From: Klebsiella michiganensis
Lineage (GTDB): Bacteria; Pseudomonadota; Gammaproteobacteria; Enterobacterales; Enterobacteriaceae
Reading direction: 5' to 3'
Assembly (NCBI RefSeq): GCF_002925905.1
Contig: NZ_PRDB01000022.1
Span: 7,033-39,032, forward strand
Length of the DNA stretch: 32,000 bases
The notes beneath the pieces are model-generated. The model was not told the origin of the DNA and made no database searches. It saw nothing but the letters and a program-made list of their open reading frames with translations. The number at the start of each line of letters is the position of its first letter. Positions within the stretch are counted from its first letter, which is position 1. Below are positions 1-9,347 of this stretch, one piece after another. Position numbers and translations under genes: made by a program.

Positions 1-2
1 TG

Positions 3-431
3 ATGTTTGGGCCTATCCGCGTACGCAAAATGAGTCAAGCGGCAGCCCGTGAACAGGCGCTGGCGCTGCTGGAACGTGTCGGCCTGGGCGAACGGGCCGA
101 GCACTATCCGTCGGAGCTTTCAGGCGGCCAGCAGCAGCGCGTGGCTATCGCCCGCGCGCTGGCGGTGAAACCGAAAATGATGCTGTTTGATGAGCCAACC
201 TCTGCGCTCGATCCGGAGTTGCGCCATGAAGTATTAAAAGTGATGCGTTCACTGGCGGATGAAGGGATGACCATGATTATAGTGACGCACGAGATTGGCT
301 TTGCACGCGATGTGGCCTCTCGATTGATTTTTATCGATGGTGGAACCATTGCTGAAGATGGCCCACCTGATATCCTGCTGAATGCCAGTAGCAATCCGCG
401 CCTGAAAGAATTTTTACAGCACGTTTCCTGA
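3..431 (+). CDS. ABC transporter ATP-binding subunit (polar amino-acid uptake type), 5' end cut by window edge
   Basis: The ORF is open from the window edge. It has the ABC signature LSGGQQQRVAIARAL, Walker B MMLFDEPTSALD and H-loop IVTHE. The C-terminal NPRLKEFL is typical of GlnQ/HisP-like ATPases. Confidence 0.9.
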   Translation: MFGPIRVRKMSQAAAREQALALLERVGLGERAEHYPSELSGGQQQRVAIARALAVKPKMMLFDEPTSALDPELRHEVLKVMRSLADEGMTMIIVTHEIGFARDVASRLIFIDGGTIAEDGPPDILLNASSNPRLKEFLQHVS

Positions 432-450
432 ACATAAGTGAATCCATCAC

Positions 451-1473
451 ATGAAGAAAATCGACATCAGTGGTTCCCCGTTTGAGATTGGCCTGCGCCT
501 TGGCGAGCTTGGCCGTGAAGCATGGCATCAGAAACTGATGCTCACGTCATTGTGGCAAACGGTGATGACCCTGCAGGCATCCCCTGAGACCCGGTTAATG
601 CGCACCGAGGTGCAGCGGCATTATCCGCTCATCTGGCAGGAGCTGGAGGGGTTGGCGCAGGGGCTGGAGGCTACTGTTGATCAGGTCTTTGCCTGGAACT
701 GCCGTGGCGATCTGGTGCGCTCAACGTCGGATGGCTGTACGACGGTGGCCGGGGTAAACGCCGCTGGCGAGCGGATTATCGCGCACAATGAAGACGGTTT
801 TCCTCAGTTACGGGATGAATGCTTGCTGGCTACCATTACCCCGAGTCGCGGACTGAGCTTTACGAGTTTTGCCTATCCGGGGTCGATTTGCGGCCACACC
901 TTTGCGGTAAATGAAAAAGGTATCGTTAACACGGTGAATAACATCCGTGCAGTGCATCGTCCGCAGGGATTACCGCGTCAGATCCTGGCTCGCGCCTCGC
1001 TGAATGCGAACACCCTCGACGAGGCCATCACTATACTTACCGGCCAGCCGCGATCCGGGGCGTTTCACCATACGCTCGGGCAGCTGGGCGATGCGCGGCT
1101 GTTCAGCGTTGAGGCCACCGGTCAAGGCTGTTCCGTTCTACCCCTGACGACGGTAACCGGGCATGCCAACCATCTGGTGCATGCGGCACTGGCTGGCGTT
1201 GAGCAGATCGTTACCGACAGTTCAGCGTCGCGGCAGTTACGCCTCGTGCAGTGGCGGGAAACGCAACCTCCGTTTGACGCCGCGGCGGCAAAAACCATTC
1301 TCTCAGATACCCATGACGCAGAACTGCCAATTTACCGGCTGGCTGCCGACGATCCGGATGAGGAGAACACCCTCGCAACGGTAGTTTTCACCCTCGATGC
1401 CAACCACGTCAGGTGGCAAATTTTCGACATTAACCGCGACGATGCTAAATTTCAGGGAGAAGTGCGTGGGTGA
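451..1473 (+). CDS. C45-family peptidase / acyl-CoA:6-aminopenicillanic-acid acyltransferase-like Ntn hydrolase
   Basis: 340-aa ORF starting 20 nt after the ABC gene. DGCTTVAG is a candidate N-terminal-nucleophile Cys context, followed by IAHNEDG. The family call is from motif memory only. Confidence 0.6.
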   Translation: MKKIDISGSPFEIGLRLGELGREAWHQKLMLTSLWQTVMTLQASPETRLMRTEVQRHYPLIWQELEGLAQGLEATVDQVFAWNCRGDLVRSTSDGCTTVAGVNAAGERIIAHNEDGFPQLRDECLLATITPSRGLSFTSFAYPGSICGHTFAVNEKGIVNTVNNIRAVHRPQGLPRQILARASLNANTLDEAITILTGQPRSGAFHHTLGQLGDARLFSVEATGQGCSVLPLTTVTGHANHLVHAALAGVEQIVTDSSASRQLRLVQWRETQPPFDAAAAKTILSDTHDAELPIYRLAADDPDEENTLATVVFTLDANHVRWQIFDINRDDAKFQGEVRG

Positions 1474-1679
1474 GATAGCAGGTCGTCAGTCATAAAGGGC
1501 AGGGTAGTACCGTTGGCCCGGCGTTCGATAGTACCGTCCGGATACTGCCAGATATCTGCGTCCAGGGAGATGTCCTGAAGCGCGGTGTCCGGAATATTCA
1601 GGTTTGCGTCTCTATACGATTCGGGCCATCGCCGTTTCTCATCTGCCTCGTGCGCGCCGAAGCATACTCTCACGGACAT
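1452..1679 (-). CDS. hypothetical small protein (75 aa)
   Basis: ATG ORF with host-like codon composition. It overlaps the convergent C45 gene by 22 nt. There is no clear RBS and no recognisable motif. Confidence 0.25.
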   Translation of the reverse strand: MSVRVCFGAHEADEKRRWPESYRDANLNIPDTALQDISLDADIWQYPDGTIERRANGTTLPFMTDDLLSHPRTSP

Positions 1680-2061
1680 ACTACGAAAAACAAAATGTCT
1701 TGTTCAGTTAAGTATGGCTTTCAGGACATCGCCTGTTAATTAGCCCTTATACCTTAGTTGATGATTTCAAGGTTACTGCTGTTTCTGCTTTTTTATCCTT
1801 TCGTATGTCGCCTGCATCTCACTAAAAAATTTATACAACTTTGTCAGAGTTACACATTTTTACGTATTAACTTTTTTTTTGCTGAGCTTAAAAACGCTTG
1901 ACAAAATCAACGCCAAAGTTAAATTTGAGCGAGTGCTCTAATTTTATGTCATGTATTTAGAATGGTAAAAATGGTTCTTAATGATTTACAAAACACTCTA
2001 TAACAAGGGGAATAGCGTAATGCCACTTTTTTTCCAGGAAACTCAGTTGAAGAGAGCAAAT

Positions 2062-2802
2062 ATGATTACCCTTGCTCTGGCTTTTACTTTCTCTATTTTT
2101 TCCGCACCAACCTCAGCAAATGCCTCACCATCAAAAACTTATCGTATCGCTATTTATAGGGGAGATGCCGGGTGCGCGGGGTGTTCAGAAATGGTGGTGA
2201 AATCGCTCGTCGGTACTGGCCTGCCGCTGAACATCGCTTATGTGGGTGAAAAAGAAACGCTGAAAGTGAATGAGCAAACGCTTAAAAAATTCGATATCTA
2301 CATTCAACCCGGCGGCGGTCAGGATATAGCCGGTTCTTATGACGTCATTGGTGATGATGGCGCTGAGGCTATCCGTCAATTTGTGAAAAGCGGCAAAGAT
2401 TTTAATGGCATTTGCATGGGGGCGTATCTTGCCGATAAAGACTGGATTGGGCTCATTGATGCTCCCCTTGAGTCAGAAGTGGGAAGACCTGGTTCACGCG
2501 CCTATGATGAGGGGGATTACACCTTGCAAGTGAAATGGAATAATAAACAGGAACCTTTTTACTATCAGGATGGCCCCTATCTGAATAACACAACCTCAAA
2601 TGCTGGGTTCCAGGCGATAGCGTATTACGACAATGGGGATGTCGCTATCGCCAGATATAAATATGGGGAAGGGCATGTCATATTATCAGGCCCTCACCCT
2701 GAAGCCGATGAAACATGGATAGATGCCCGAGTTGCGGGTAACACCACCGCGGAAAGTAAAATGAAACGCATTTTAAGCTATCTGGGCATAAACAAGCGCT
2801 AA
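2062..2802 (+). CDS. secreted class-I glutamine-amidotransferase-like (BPL_N-type) protein
   Basis: I chose the internal ATG at 2062 (AGAGAG upstream), which gives the signal peptide MITLALAFTFSIFSAPTSANA. The GICMGAYLA nucleophile-elbow-like motif is present. The longer 1981 start lacks a signal-peptide context. Confidence 0.55.
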   Translation: MITLALAFTFSIFSAPTSANASPSKTYRIAIYRGDAGCAGCSEMVVKSLVGTGLPLNIAYVGEKETLKVNEQTLKKFDIYIQPGGGQDIAGSYDVIGDDGAEAIRQFVKSGKDFNGICMGAYLADKDWIGLIDAPLESEVGRPGSRAYDEGDYTLQVKWNNKQEPFYYQDGPYLNNTTSNAGFQAIAYYDNGDVAIARYKYGEGHVILSGPHPEADETWIDARVAGNTTAESKMKRILSYLGINKR

Positions 2803-2828
2803 TTTCTACTGCGGGTTTTTCATGCGCT

Positions 2829-3416
2829 TCAGAAGGATTTACCAAGGATTTTAAAAGAAATCTCATATATTTCATTAAGAAAAGCGGTTCTTTTTTCTTT
2901 TGAATAATCGAGGATCAGCATACTCGAGTATCCATCTATTAATGCATTTATTTGTCTGGCGGATACCGAAGCGTTTATCGAGGAAAACTCGCCCTCATTA
3001 ATTCCGGAGTCGATGATTTCTTCGAGTATATTGATCCATTGGAGTGATTGATTATGGACCAAATTAGCATAATCACCGTCGCGCGCGGCCATCGGCCAGA
3101 GTTCAAGGTAGAGCAGCCAGTGCGCTGATGGCGCATCAGGTAACAGCGTTTTGATATACAGCCTGACCCTGTCAGTTGGGCTCATACTTTCCGAGGCATT
3201 AAACGTTGCATGACATTCCTCGATGTCATTATCAAACATATATTTTATGGCCGATTTTTTTAATGCTTCCCAGTTACTATAATAATGATAGATGTGGCTC
3301 CTTGAAATATTAAGCTTTTGTGTAAGATCGCGGGTGGAGACATTGTTGAATCCTTTTTCTCTAAAAAGCTGCAGAGCGGCTATCTTTATTAGTTCCGAAA
3401 AATTTGTTGCTTTCAA
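2829..3416 (-). CDS. TetR/AcrR-family transcriptional regulator
   Basis: N-terminal HTH: AALQLFREKGFNNVSTRDLTQKLNISRSHIYHYYSNWEAL. 195 aa, AT-rich. Confidence 0.85.
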   Translation of the reverse strand: MKATNFSELIKIAALQLFREKGFNNVSTRDLTQKLNISRSHIYHYYSNWEALKKSAIKYMFDNDIEECHATFNASESMSPTDRVRLYIKTLLPDAPSAHWLLYLELWPMAARDGDYANLVHNQSLQWINILEEIIDSGINEGEFSSINASVSARQINALIDGYSSMLILDYSKEKRTAFLNEIYEISFKILGKSF

Positions 3417-3500
3417 AATTTAACCTTCATAGTGCGTAAAATTATCGTGTCGCAGAAAACGCTCTATCATTGCTCTGCACCTAATCAACAGCCAAATTTA

Positions 3501-3680
3501 CTACACAGTCATGGCCAGAGGCAATGACTGGGTTTTACACAGGACGGTGAACGTTACCATCATGGCGTGGCGGTTTCTTACATCTGCGATTGCTCCCTGA
3601 ACGATTTCCGAGAGGCGTTCGTAGGTAGAGCAGGGAAGCCAGCCGGGTCAGCGCGGCACAAACCGGCGCACCGTTATGCC
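3501..3680 (-). pseudogene. C-terminal fragment of an IS1202-group (ISNCY) transposase gene
   Basis: The minus-strand translation PGWLPCSTYERLSEIVQGAIADVRNR... aligns by eye with NGTLLPYSTYDRLSEIDQGAIVDNKR of the intact transposase at 18649-20052. An in-frame TGA lies upstream (3648-3650). There is no start codon, and the lipocalin gene abuts it. Confidence 0.45.
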
Positions 3681-3686
3681 ATTATA

Positions 3687-4184
3687 CTATCTGTAGCGCT
3701 CGTAGGTCACACGCCAGCCTTCACCTTTATCGACAGGCGACAGTTCAAGTTTATTTCCTGTTAAATGAAAAGCGCGCTCCATTTTTTGACCAATTAATCC
3801 ACTGGCAAGTGCAGAATTCACCGTTAAGATGAAACGCCCGGCAACATCGTCAATTTTAATATCACCATAAAGTGCTTCATAACCGTTTACCGTATAGGCG
3901 GAGTCAGGTACTGTTTTGTCCGGATTGCTTGCTTGCGCAGACAAGGTTCCGGCATCGGTGATAATAAGTTGTCCGGTGTAAGGTATCTCTTTCAATTCTT
4001 CACCAGTCCCGGTTTCAAATTTGACCATTTTCCACGCGCCAATCAGGGCGGACTGGTTGCTGTCTTTCCCTGATAAGGCACCTTTCTCTGTACAAACCGG
4101 CTGGACATTATTGCCATTGGCCATGACGGGTATAACCCGGGTGGCCATAAAAAGAATGACCGCAACCTTGATGTAAAAACGCAT
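3687..4184 (-). CDS. secreted lipocalin-like domain protein
   Basis: Signal peptide MRFYIKVAVILFMATRVIPVMA. GAWKMVKFE...YTGQLIITDAGTLSAQ resembles lipocalin-like (DUF-type) beta-barrel proteins. Confidence 0.6.
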   Translation of the reverse strand: MRFYIKVAVILFMATRVIPVMANGNNVQPVCTEKGALSGKDSNQSALIGAWKMVKFETGTGEELKEIPYTGQLIITDAGTLSAQASNPDKTVPDSAYTVNGYEALYGDIKIDDVAGRFILTVNSALASGLIGQKMERAFHLTGNKLELSPVDKGEGWRVTYERYR

Positions 4185-4319
4185 ATATATTCTCCATTGT
4201 TTTATGATTAGAAATCTGAACGGCTGATTATAGGATTTTGATTCCTGTGACCTTTTGAAGATAGCTGAATAGCTTATCCTGATAAGCGATATGACTAATT
4301 CTCCTTGTAGCTGATGCGA

Positions 4320-5501
4320 TCATTCGGCTTCGTCCCGAATGGGGTGTGGGAATGCATATTCACTGTTGATTTTTACAATCAGAAAACTGACCAGGGCCAG
4401 TATCAGAATGACCCAAGGCAAACCATTGACGCCGGGTCCCTGAAGGATAATTCCTCCGGTAATCCCCCCCAGGGCAATCGCCGCATTCCAGCTCACCACC
4501 GTCATGGAGATCGCTACATCAGCACCATCTTCCGCCGCATCGGCAAGTGCGGTATTCAACAGCGTTGCAGCACCACCAAATGTCACACCCCATACAGCGC
4601 TACCTACAATAAGAATGGCGGGTGTATAAGAGAACAGCCCCAGGAATAATGAGACGATAGAAAATATAGCCAGCGATGCCAGTACCATTTTACGTAACTG
4701 GCTATCAATTATTTTTCCGGTAAAGATAAGACCCGCGAGAGCGGACAGGCCAAAAATTAATAAAATACCGTCAACATGGGCCCCCATACCTGATAATGAC
4801 GAAAACGGTGCGATATAGGTGTAAAGGATATTGTGTGCAAGCATCCAGGTCAGTACGACCGCGAGGACCGGCCTGACCCCGGGGGTCGCCAGTACTTTCC
4901 TGAACGGTATTTTTTGATGTTTTTGCTGCCCCGCAGAGTCCGGAACGCTGATACGGATCCATATCATTAGTAACAGCGAAAGTACTGACATAATACCGAA
5001 CGTCAGGCGCCAGCCAAGATAATGCCCAAGCCAGGTTCCCAGCGGAACGCCTAGTGAGAGCGCCAGCGGTGTCCCAGCCATGGCTATCGCCATAGCCCGA
5101 CCCTGATGAAGCGGGTCAACAATTCGGCGTGAAAACCCCGCCAGCAGGCTCCACGCCAGTCCCGCAGCCGCCCCGGCCCCCAAACGCGCTAACAGGGTCA
5201 GGTAAACATTTGATGAAAGTGCGGTAATGGTATTAAAAATGAAGCATCCCGCTACGGTCATTAATAAGACATATTTCCGATTCCACGACCGGGTAACGAT
5301 AGTTAACGGAATAGCGGCAAATAATGACCCGAGGGCGTAGACGGTGACCCACTGGCCTGCGCTAGCCAGCGAAATATTCATTCCCTTACTGATTTCTGGC
5401 AATAATCCTGCTGGAATAGTTTCCGTCATGATGCAAATAAATCCGGTCATCGCAAAAGCCATTAATGGCATATAGGGAAATGTGTCTTTCATTTTCTGCA
5501 T
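4320..5501 (-). CDS. MFS transporter (DHA1/sugar-efflux-like, 12 TMS)
   Basis: 393 aa and hydrophobic throughout. An MFS loop 2-3-like motif (TRSWNRKYVL) is present and the helices are regularly spaced. Confidence 0.85.
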   Translation of the reverse strand: MQKMKDTFPYMPLMAFAMTGFICIMTETIPAGLLPEISKGMNISLASAGQWVTVYALGSLFAAIPLTIVTRSWNRKYVLLMTVAGCFIFNTITALSSNVYLTLLARLGAGAAAGLAWSLLAGFSRRIVDPLHQGRAMAIAMAGTPLALSLGVPLGTWLGHYLGWRLTFGIMSVLSLLLMIWIRISVPDSAGQQKHQKIPFRKVLATPGVRPVLAVVLTWMLAHNILYTYIAPFSSLSGMGAHVDGILLIFGLSALAGLIFTGKIIDSQLRKMVLASLAIFSIVSLFLGLFSYTPAILIVGSAVWGVTFGGAATLLNTALADAAEDGADVAISMTVVSWNAAIALGGITGGIILQGPGVNGLPWVILILALVSFLIVKINSEYAFPHPIRDEAE

Positions 5502-5525
5502 TCTGCAATACCGTTAATGATTAAT

Positions 5526-5550
5526 TAAGCCTGCCAGGTGCGCAGGCTTA
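5526..5550 (-). terminator. hairpin between the alcohol dehydrogenase and MFS genes
   Basis: TAAGCCTGC/GCAGGCTTA 9-bp stem with a 7-nt loop. The downstream tract on the minus strand is AT-rich but the U-run is weak. Confidence 0.35.
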
Positions 5551-5578
5551 GCGCCTAATGGAGTAGGTTGTTAGGCAA

Positions 5579-6736
5579 TTAAAGTGCCATATTCAGTATT
5601 GTTTCCGCCACTTCAGCAGTAATTTTTCCATGTTCACCTAATGCGATATGCCCATGTTCTTTTAACTTGCCGATAACGGCTGAAATATCTTCCGCGCCCA
5701 GACCATAATCAGAAAGTCGGGTTTTAACGCCCATCAGTTCAAAAAATTCCACGGTGGCATTGATAGCCTCATCGGCCATTTTTTCGCTATCAGACTCAGG
5801 AATATTCCAGACACGCGCACCGTACTGAGCCAGCTTTTCTGCTTTTTCCTTTTTGCACAAGCGCCATAGTGCAGGCATAACGATAGCGAGGGTACGGGCG
5901 TGGTCGATTCCGTATAATGCAGTAATTTCCTGGCCAATCATGTGAGAGGCCCAGTCAGTTGGGACACCTGCGCTCAACATTCCATTCAGGGCCATCGTCG
6001 CAGCCCACATGATGTTAGCTCTGGCGTCGTAGTTTTGGGGATTTTTAAGGGCTACTGGTCCTTCTTCTTTCAGCGTGCTCAGCAGTCCTTCCGCCAGGCG
6101 ATCCTGCACCTTAGCGTTAACCGGGTAAGTGATGTATTGCTCAAGAACGTGGACAAAGGCATCAACAACCCCGTTTGCGGTTTGTTGTTCAGGCAGCGTG
6201 TAAGTCATTTCCGGTTCGAGCACTGAAAATTTCGGCATAACGTAAGGGGAGGTGAAAAAGAGTTTATCCTGGGTGGTCACCCGATTAATCACCGCCGTGT
6301 TATTCATCTCTGAACCCGTGGCCGCCAGGGTCAGCACGCATCCAAAAGGGAGAGCTTGTTTCACCACGCCGCCATAACTCTTGACGATCTCCCATGGATC
6401 ATTTTCGTAGAGGGCTGCGGCGGCAATAAATTTAGTCCCGTCGATCACTGAACCGCCGCCCACGGCCAGAAGAAAATCAATTTTTTCTGCTCTGACAATC
6501 TCAACGGCTTTCATCAGGGTTTCATAATGTGGGTTTGCTTCTACACCGCCAAACTCATAAACCAGGGTGTTTGTCAGGGACTCTTTTACGCGTTTCAATA
6601 TACCGTGTTTTATAACGCTGCCCCCGCCATAGACAATCATGACCTTTTTACCCTGCGGGACTTCTTGTGCTAACGCAGAAATTTGATCGCGACCAAAAAG
6701 AATTTTTACCGGATTATGATAGATAAAATCTTGCAT
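5579..6736 (-). CDS. iron-containing (group III) alcohol dehydrogenase, YqhD/butanol-dehydrogenase-like
   Basis: The ATG at 6736 is preceded by GAGGT. MQDFIYHNPVKILFG, GGGSVID, GSEMN and His-rich metal-site motifs are present. 385 aa. Confidence 0.85.
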   Translation of the reverse strand: MQDFIYHNPVKILFGRDQISALAQEVPQGKKVMIVYGGGSVIKHGILKRVKESLTNTLVYEFGGVEANPHYETLMKAVEIVRAEKIDFLLAVGGGSVIDGTKFIAAAALYENDPWEIVKSYGGVVKQALPFGCVLTLAATGSEMNNTAVINRVTTQDKLFFTSPYVMPKFSVLEPEMTYTLPEQQTANGVVDAFVHVLEQYITYPVNAKVQDRLAEGLLSTLKEEGPVALKNPQNYDARANIMWAATMALNGMLSAGVPTDWASHMIGQEITALYGIDHARTLAIVMPALWRLCKKEKAEKLAQYGARVWNIPESDSEKMADEAINATVEFFELMGVKTRLSDYGLGAEDISAVIGKLKEHGHIALGEHGKITAEVAETILNMAL

Positions 6737-6929
6737 AATGATTACCTCATTTTCAGAATTAAAAGCCGTCACTACAACGAGGACATATTCACGTCGTGGA
6801 ATATAAAGTACCATTTTGAATTTTATTTATTAATCAACATAAATTTCACTTACTTGTGAAATTTATTTGATAATTAATGACAGGCTGGTACGCTGACGTC
6901 TCCAGTAGGGACCGAGGAGGAGGAATCGT

Positions 6930-7823
6930 GTGGATGAATTAAAGGTTTTTTTAACAGTGGCCAGGCTGAAAAGCTTTACCAAAGCCGCAGCTGAAATAGG
7001 TGTGACACCCTCAGCCATCAGCCACACGGTGAAATCTCTTGAGGAAAGGCTTGGGATCCGCCTGCTGGCCAGAACCACCCGCAGTATCTCCACTACGGAA
7101 GCAGGTGAAAGGCTCATTAACGAAGTTGGCCCGTTAATGGAACAGGTTGATGATGCTATTAGTCGGTTGAGTGAGCTTAGGGAAAAACCCACTGGCGTCA
7201 TACGCCTCACGGCGGCAGATGATGTTATCCAGTATTTGATCCGTCCTGTATTACCGGACTTTCTGAGTCGCTACCCAGATATTCAGATTGAAATCGGCAT
7301 TGACTATGGATTTACAGATATTGTTGATCAGCGTTTTGATGCCGGGATTCGTCCGGGCGATGTTCTGAATAATGATATGATTGCCGCAAAAATAAGCCAG
7401 AACTGGCGCCAGCTTGTTGTTGCTGCACCAGATTATTTTAAGCGTTATGCTAAGCCCAGGAAGCCGCAGGATCTTTTGAACCACAACTGCATTAACGTCC
7501 GCTATTCTGATACGAGTGGATTGTACGCCTGGGAATTCGAGAAAGATGCTCAGAAATTCAGTCTGAAAGTCAAAGGGCAATATATTGCGAACAGCACGAT
7601 TCATCAGCTCGATGCAGCATTAGACGGGCTGGGGATTGCCTATATTCCCGAGTATGTTGCAGATGGATATATCAAAAGCGGCAAGCTGATTGCTGTTCTG
7701 ACCGAGTGGTGTCCATATTTTGACGGCTACCATATTTATTATCCTCACCGCCGACAGGATTCTCCTGCGTTTATGGCTTTTCTGCAAGTTTTGCGTGACA
7801 GGTACAATAATGGAATAAGATAA
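6930..7823 (+). CDS. LysR-family transcriptional regulator
   Basis: GTG start. The N-terminal wHTH is [36 protein letters not shown]. It is divergent from the ADH gene. Confidence 0.85.
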   Translation: MDELKVFLTVARLKSFTKAAAEIGVTPSAISHTVKSLEERLGIRLLARTTRSISTTEAGERLINEVGPLMEQVDDAISRLSELREKPTGVIRLTAADDVIQYLIRPVLPDFLSRYPDIQIEIGIDYGFTDIVDQRFDAGIRPGDVLNNDMIAAKISQNWRQLVVAAPDYFKRYAKPRKPQDLLNHNCINVRYSDTSGLYAWEFEKDAQKFSLKVKGQYIANSTIHQLDAALDGLGIAYIPEYVADGYIKSGKLIAVLTEWCPYFDGYHIYYPHRRQDSPAFMAFLQVLRDRYNNGIR

Positions 7824-7899
7824 ATTTATGAGTAAAGGATTATGTCCACGATAAGCACCTGGGTCGATTCCTGGGAGGCGGCCATGAGGGTAGGGAAGC

Positions 7900-8002
7900 G
7901 CCGTCCCGTCAAGTCAGCGTAATGCTCTGCCAGTGTTACAACCAATTAACCAATTCTGATTAGAAAAACTCATCGAGCATCAGAGATTTTGAGACACAAC
8001 GT
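7900..8002 (-). pseudogene. aph(3')-Ia: relic of the Tn903 central segment: aph(3')-Ia 3' end fused to its own upstream region, ORF deleted
   Basis: GCCGTCCCGTCAAGTCAGCGTAATGCTCTGCCAGTGTTACAACCAATTAACCAATTCTGATTAGAAAAACTCATCGAGCATCA matches, from memory, the widely used Tn903 kan region downstream of and including the last codons. It is joined at CATCA (7978-7982) to GAGATTTTGAGACACAACGT, which is the region upstream of the kan promoter. Confidence 0.75.
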
Positions 8003-8221
8003 GGTTCCCGCCATGTGAAAATCCGGCCAGACCAACATCATTCTGGCGCTCCGAAAGAAGGGATATTCGCCGCCGTGACCAGCCTGAAGCGGGTCGCATA
8101 ATCTTTGGCCGCTTCGTAGTCGAGGAACATGGCATCGAGCGTGCCAATAAATTTTGAGCTTGATAGGATTTTGATGTTATGCTATGGAAAAGGATTATTT
8201 ACAGGTCTGGAGGTAATTTAT

Positions 8222-8575
8222 ATGACGCCAAAAGAAATACTTTGCCAATGGGTTGACGCATTTAATAATGCAGATGTAGAAACTATTTCAGAATTATATG
8301 ATGATAATGCAATAAACCATCAGGTAGCCAATGAGCCAGTTATTGGGAAAGAGGCTATAAAGAAAATGTTTGAACAAGATTTTTCTTTTCCAGAAATGGT
8401 TTGTATAGTTGAAAACATTTTCGAAGATGGACAATGGGCAATTTTAGAGTGGCGTGCCCCATTAGGTTTGAGGGGTTGCGGTTTTTTTCAAATAGTAAAT
8501 AATAAAATTATATTTCAAAGAGGCTATTGGGATAAGCTATCTTTCTTAAAACAGCACAATTTACCTATTGAATAA
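8222..8575 (+). CDS. NTF2/SnoaL-like fold protein (117 aa)
   Basis: The ATG at 8222 is preceded by GGAGGT. WVDAFNNADVETISELYDDNAINH is the typical SnoaL-like N-terminus. The gene is very AT-rich. Confidence 0.6.
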   Translation: MTPKEILCQWVDAFNNADVETISELYDDNAINHQVANEPVIGKEAIKKMFEQDFSFPEMVCIVENIFEDGQWAILEWRAPLGLRGCGFFQIVNNKIIFQRGYWDKLSFLKQHNLPIE

Positions 8576-8576
8576 A

Positions 8577-8599
8577 ATTCATATATACCTTATATGAAT
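8577..8599 (+). terminator. AT-rich hairpin immediately after the NTF2-like gene
   Basis: ATTCATATA/TATATGAAT 9-bp stem with a 5-nt loop, starting 2 nt after the stop. A second perfect 10-bp hairpin, TTAAGGGAAG/CTTCCCTTAA, lies at 8626-8653. Neither has a clear U-tract. Confidence 0.3.
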
Positions 8600-8689
8600 A
8601 GCTTGCAAATTTCTTAAAGTGTGCATTAAGGGAAGCATAATAACTTCCCTTAACCAATCTGTGGATTCTTTACACCATCGTATAATGTG

Positions 8690-9276
8690 ATCCTGCTTTT
8701 CCAGGTAGCCCCGGGTGGCCTCAAAATAGGTGAATGTCGATTCCGGTTTTACAAATCGAAGCTGCATCAGGTGGCTCGTCGCGTCGTCGACGTAGATCAG
8801 TGCGGTACAGGCGGGTGCACGGTTCTCGAACCAGCGATGGTTGCTTGCAGCCATCAATCTGCATCAGTTCGCCGCAGCAGGCCCGGCGATAGCGTGGCTG
8901 CTGAATCTTTGGTGCTCGTTGTTTGCGGGGGATCCAGAGACCGGCTTTGACCATGAGTGAACGGACAGTCTCTTTGGACAGGTGAACATCGTGCAGTTCT
9001 GCGAGTTTCACATATGCAAGCGTCGGCCCAAAGTCGGTATAGCGATCTCGGATTATATTGAGCGCGTACTGTGCAAAACCATCAGGCAGCTGGTTATTGC
9101 TCAGGGTTCCTCAACGGCGGTTAGCCATACAAAGCGGGCCAGATTCACGGTAACGCGACAGAAGACGCCGGCACTGACGAGCGGAGATACCGTGGCGCTG
9201 CGCGGGCATCTGCGTTGTCAGGTGCCGGTCGACAACATGGGTTAACTTCATCCAAAGTAAAAAACTGCGCTGAATG
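8690..9276 (-). pseudogene. N-terminal ~200 codons of a second, diverged IS1202-group transposase gene, multiply frameshifted and 3'-truncated
   Basis: Three minus-strand frames align by eye to residues ~8-205 of the intact copy. Examples are FTLDEVN, HGISARQCRRLLSRYRESGPL, TDFGPTLAYVKLAELH, AGLWIPRKQRAPKIQQPRYRR, GELMQIDG and APACTALIYVDDATSHLMQLRFVKPESTFTYFEATRGYLEKQ. Similarity stops abruptly at ~8690. Confidence 0.75.
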
Positions 9277-9347
9277 GGCCAGAGCAGAATCCCGGGATGG
9301 TTAACTGAGTTCTGATCAAAACCGCATAATCTTGCTGCCTCTACCTT

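Noticed and set aside
4314-4649. 111-aa + strand ORF overlapping the 3' part of the MFS gene. Similar shadows occur at 5942-6226, 7251-7604 and 19276-20037.
   Set aside because: They are antisense to genes with strong family signatures and have no independent support.
7845-7870. AAAGGATTATGTCC resembles the XerD-side GGGATTATGT of attL, suggesting another relic dif-like site at the left edge of the Tn903 scar.
   Set aside because: There is no GCGCATAA-type XerC arm at a suitable distance. A 9-nt match in AT-rich DNA is not convincing.
7888-7895. GGGTAGGG on the + strand, a KOPS-type (GGGNAGGG) motif pointing toward dif.
   Set aside because: The orientation is consistent with a terminus location, but one octamer has no statistical weight. 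A genome-scale KOPS and GC-skew analysis would be needed.
8038-8145. GC-rich C-terminal ORF fragment on the minus strand (...[29 protein letters not shown]-stop).
   Set aside because: It has no start codon, only ~35 plausible codons, and no family that I can name. It is mentioned under the Tn903 finding rather than called as a feature.
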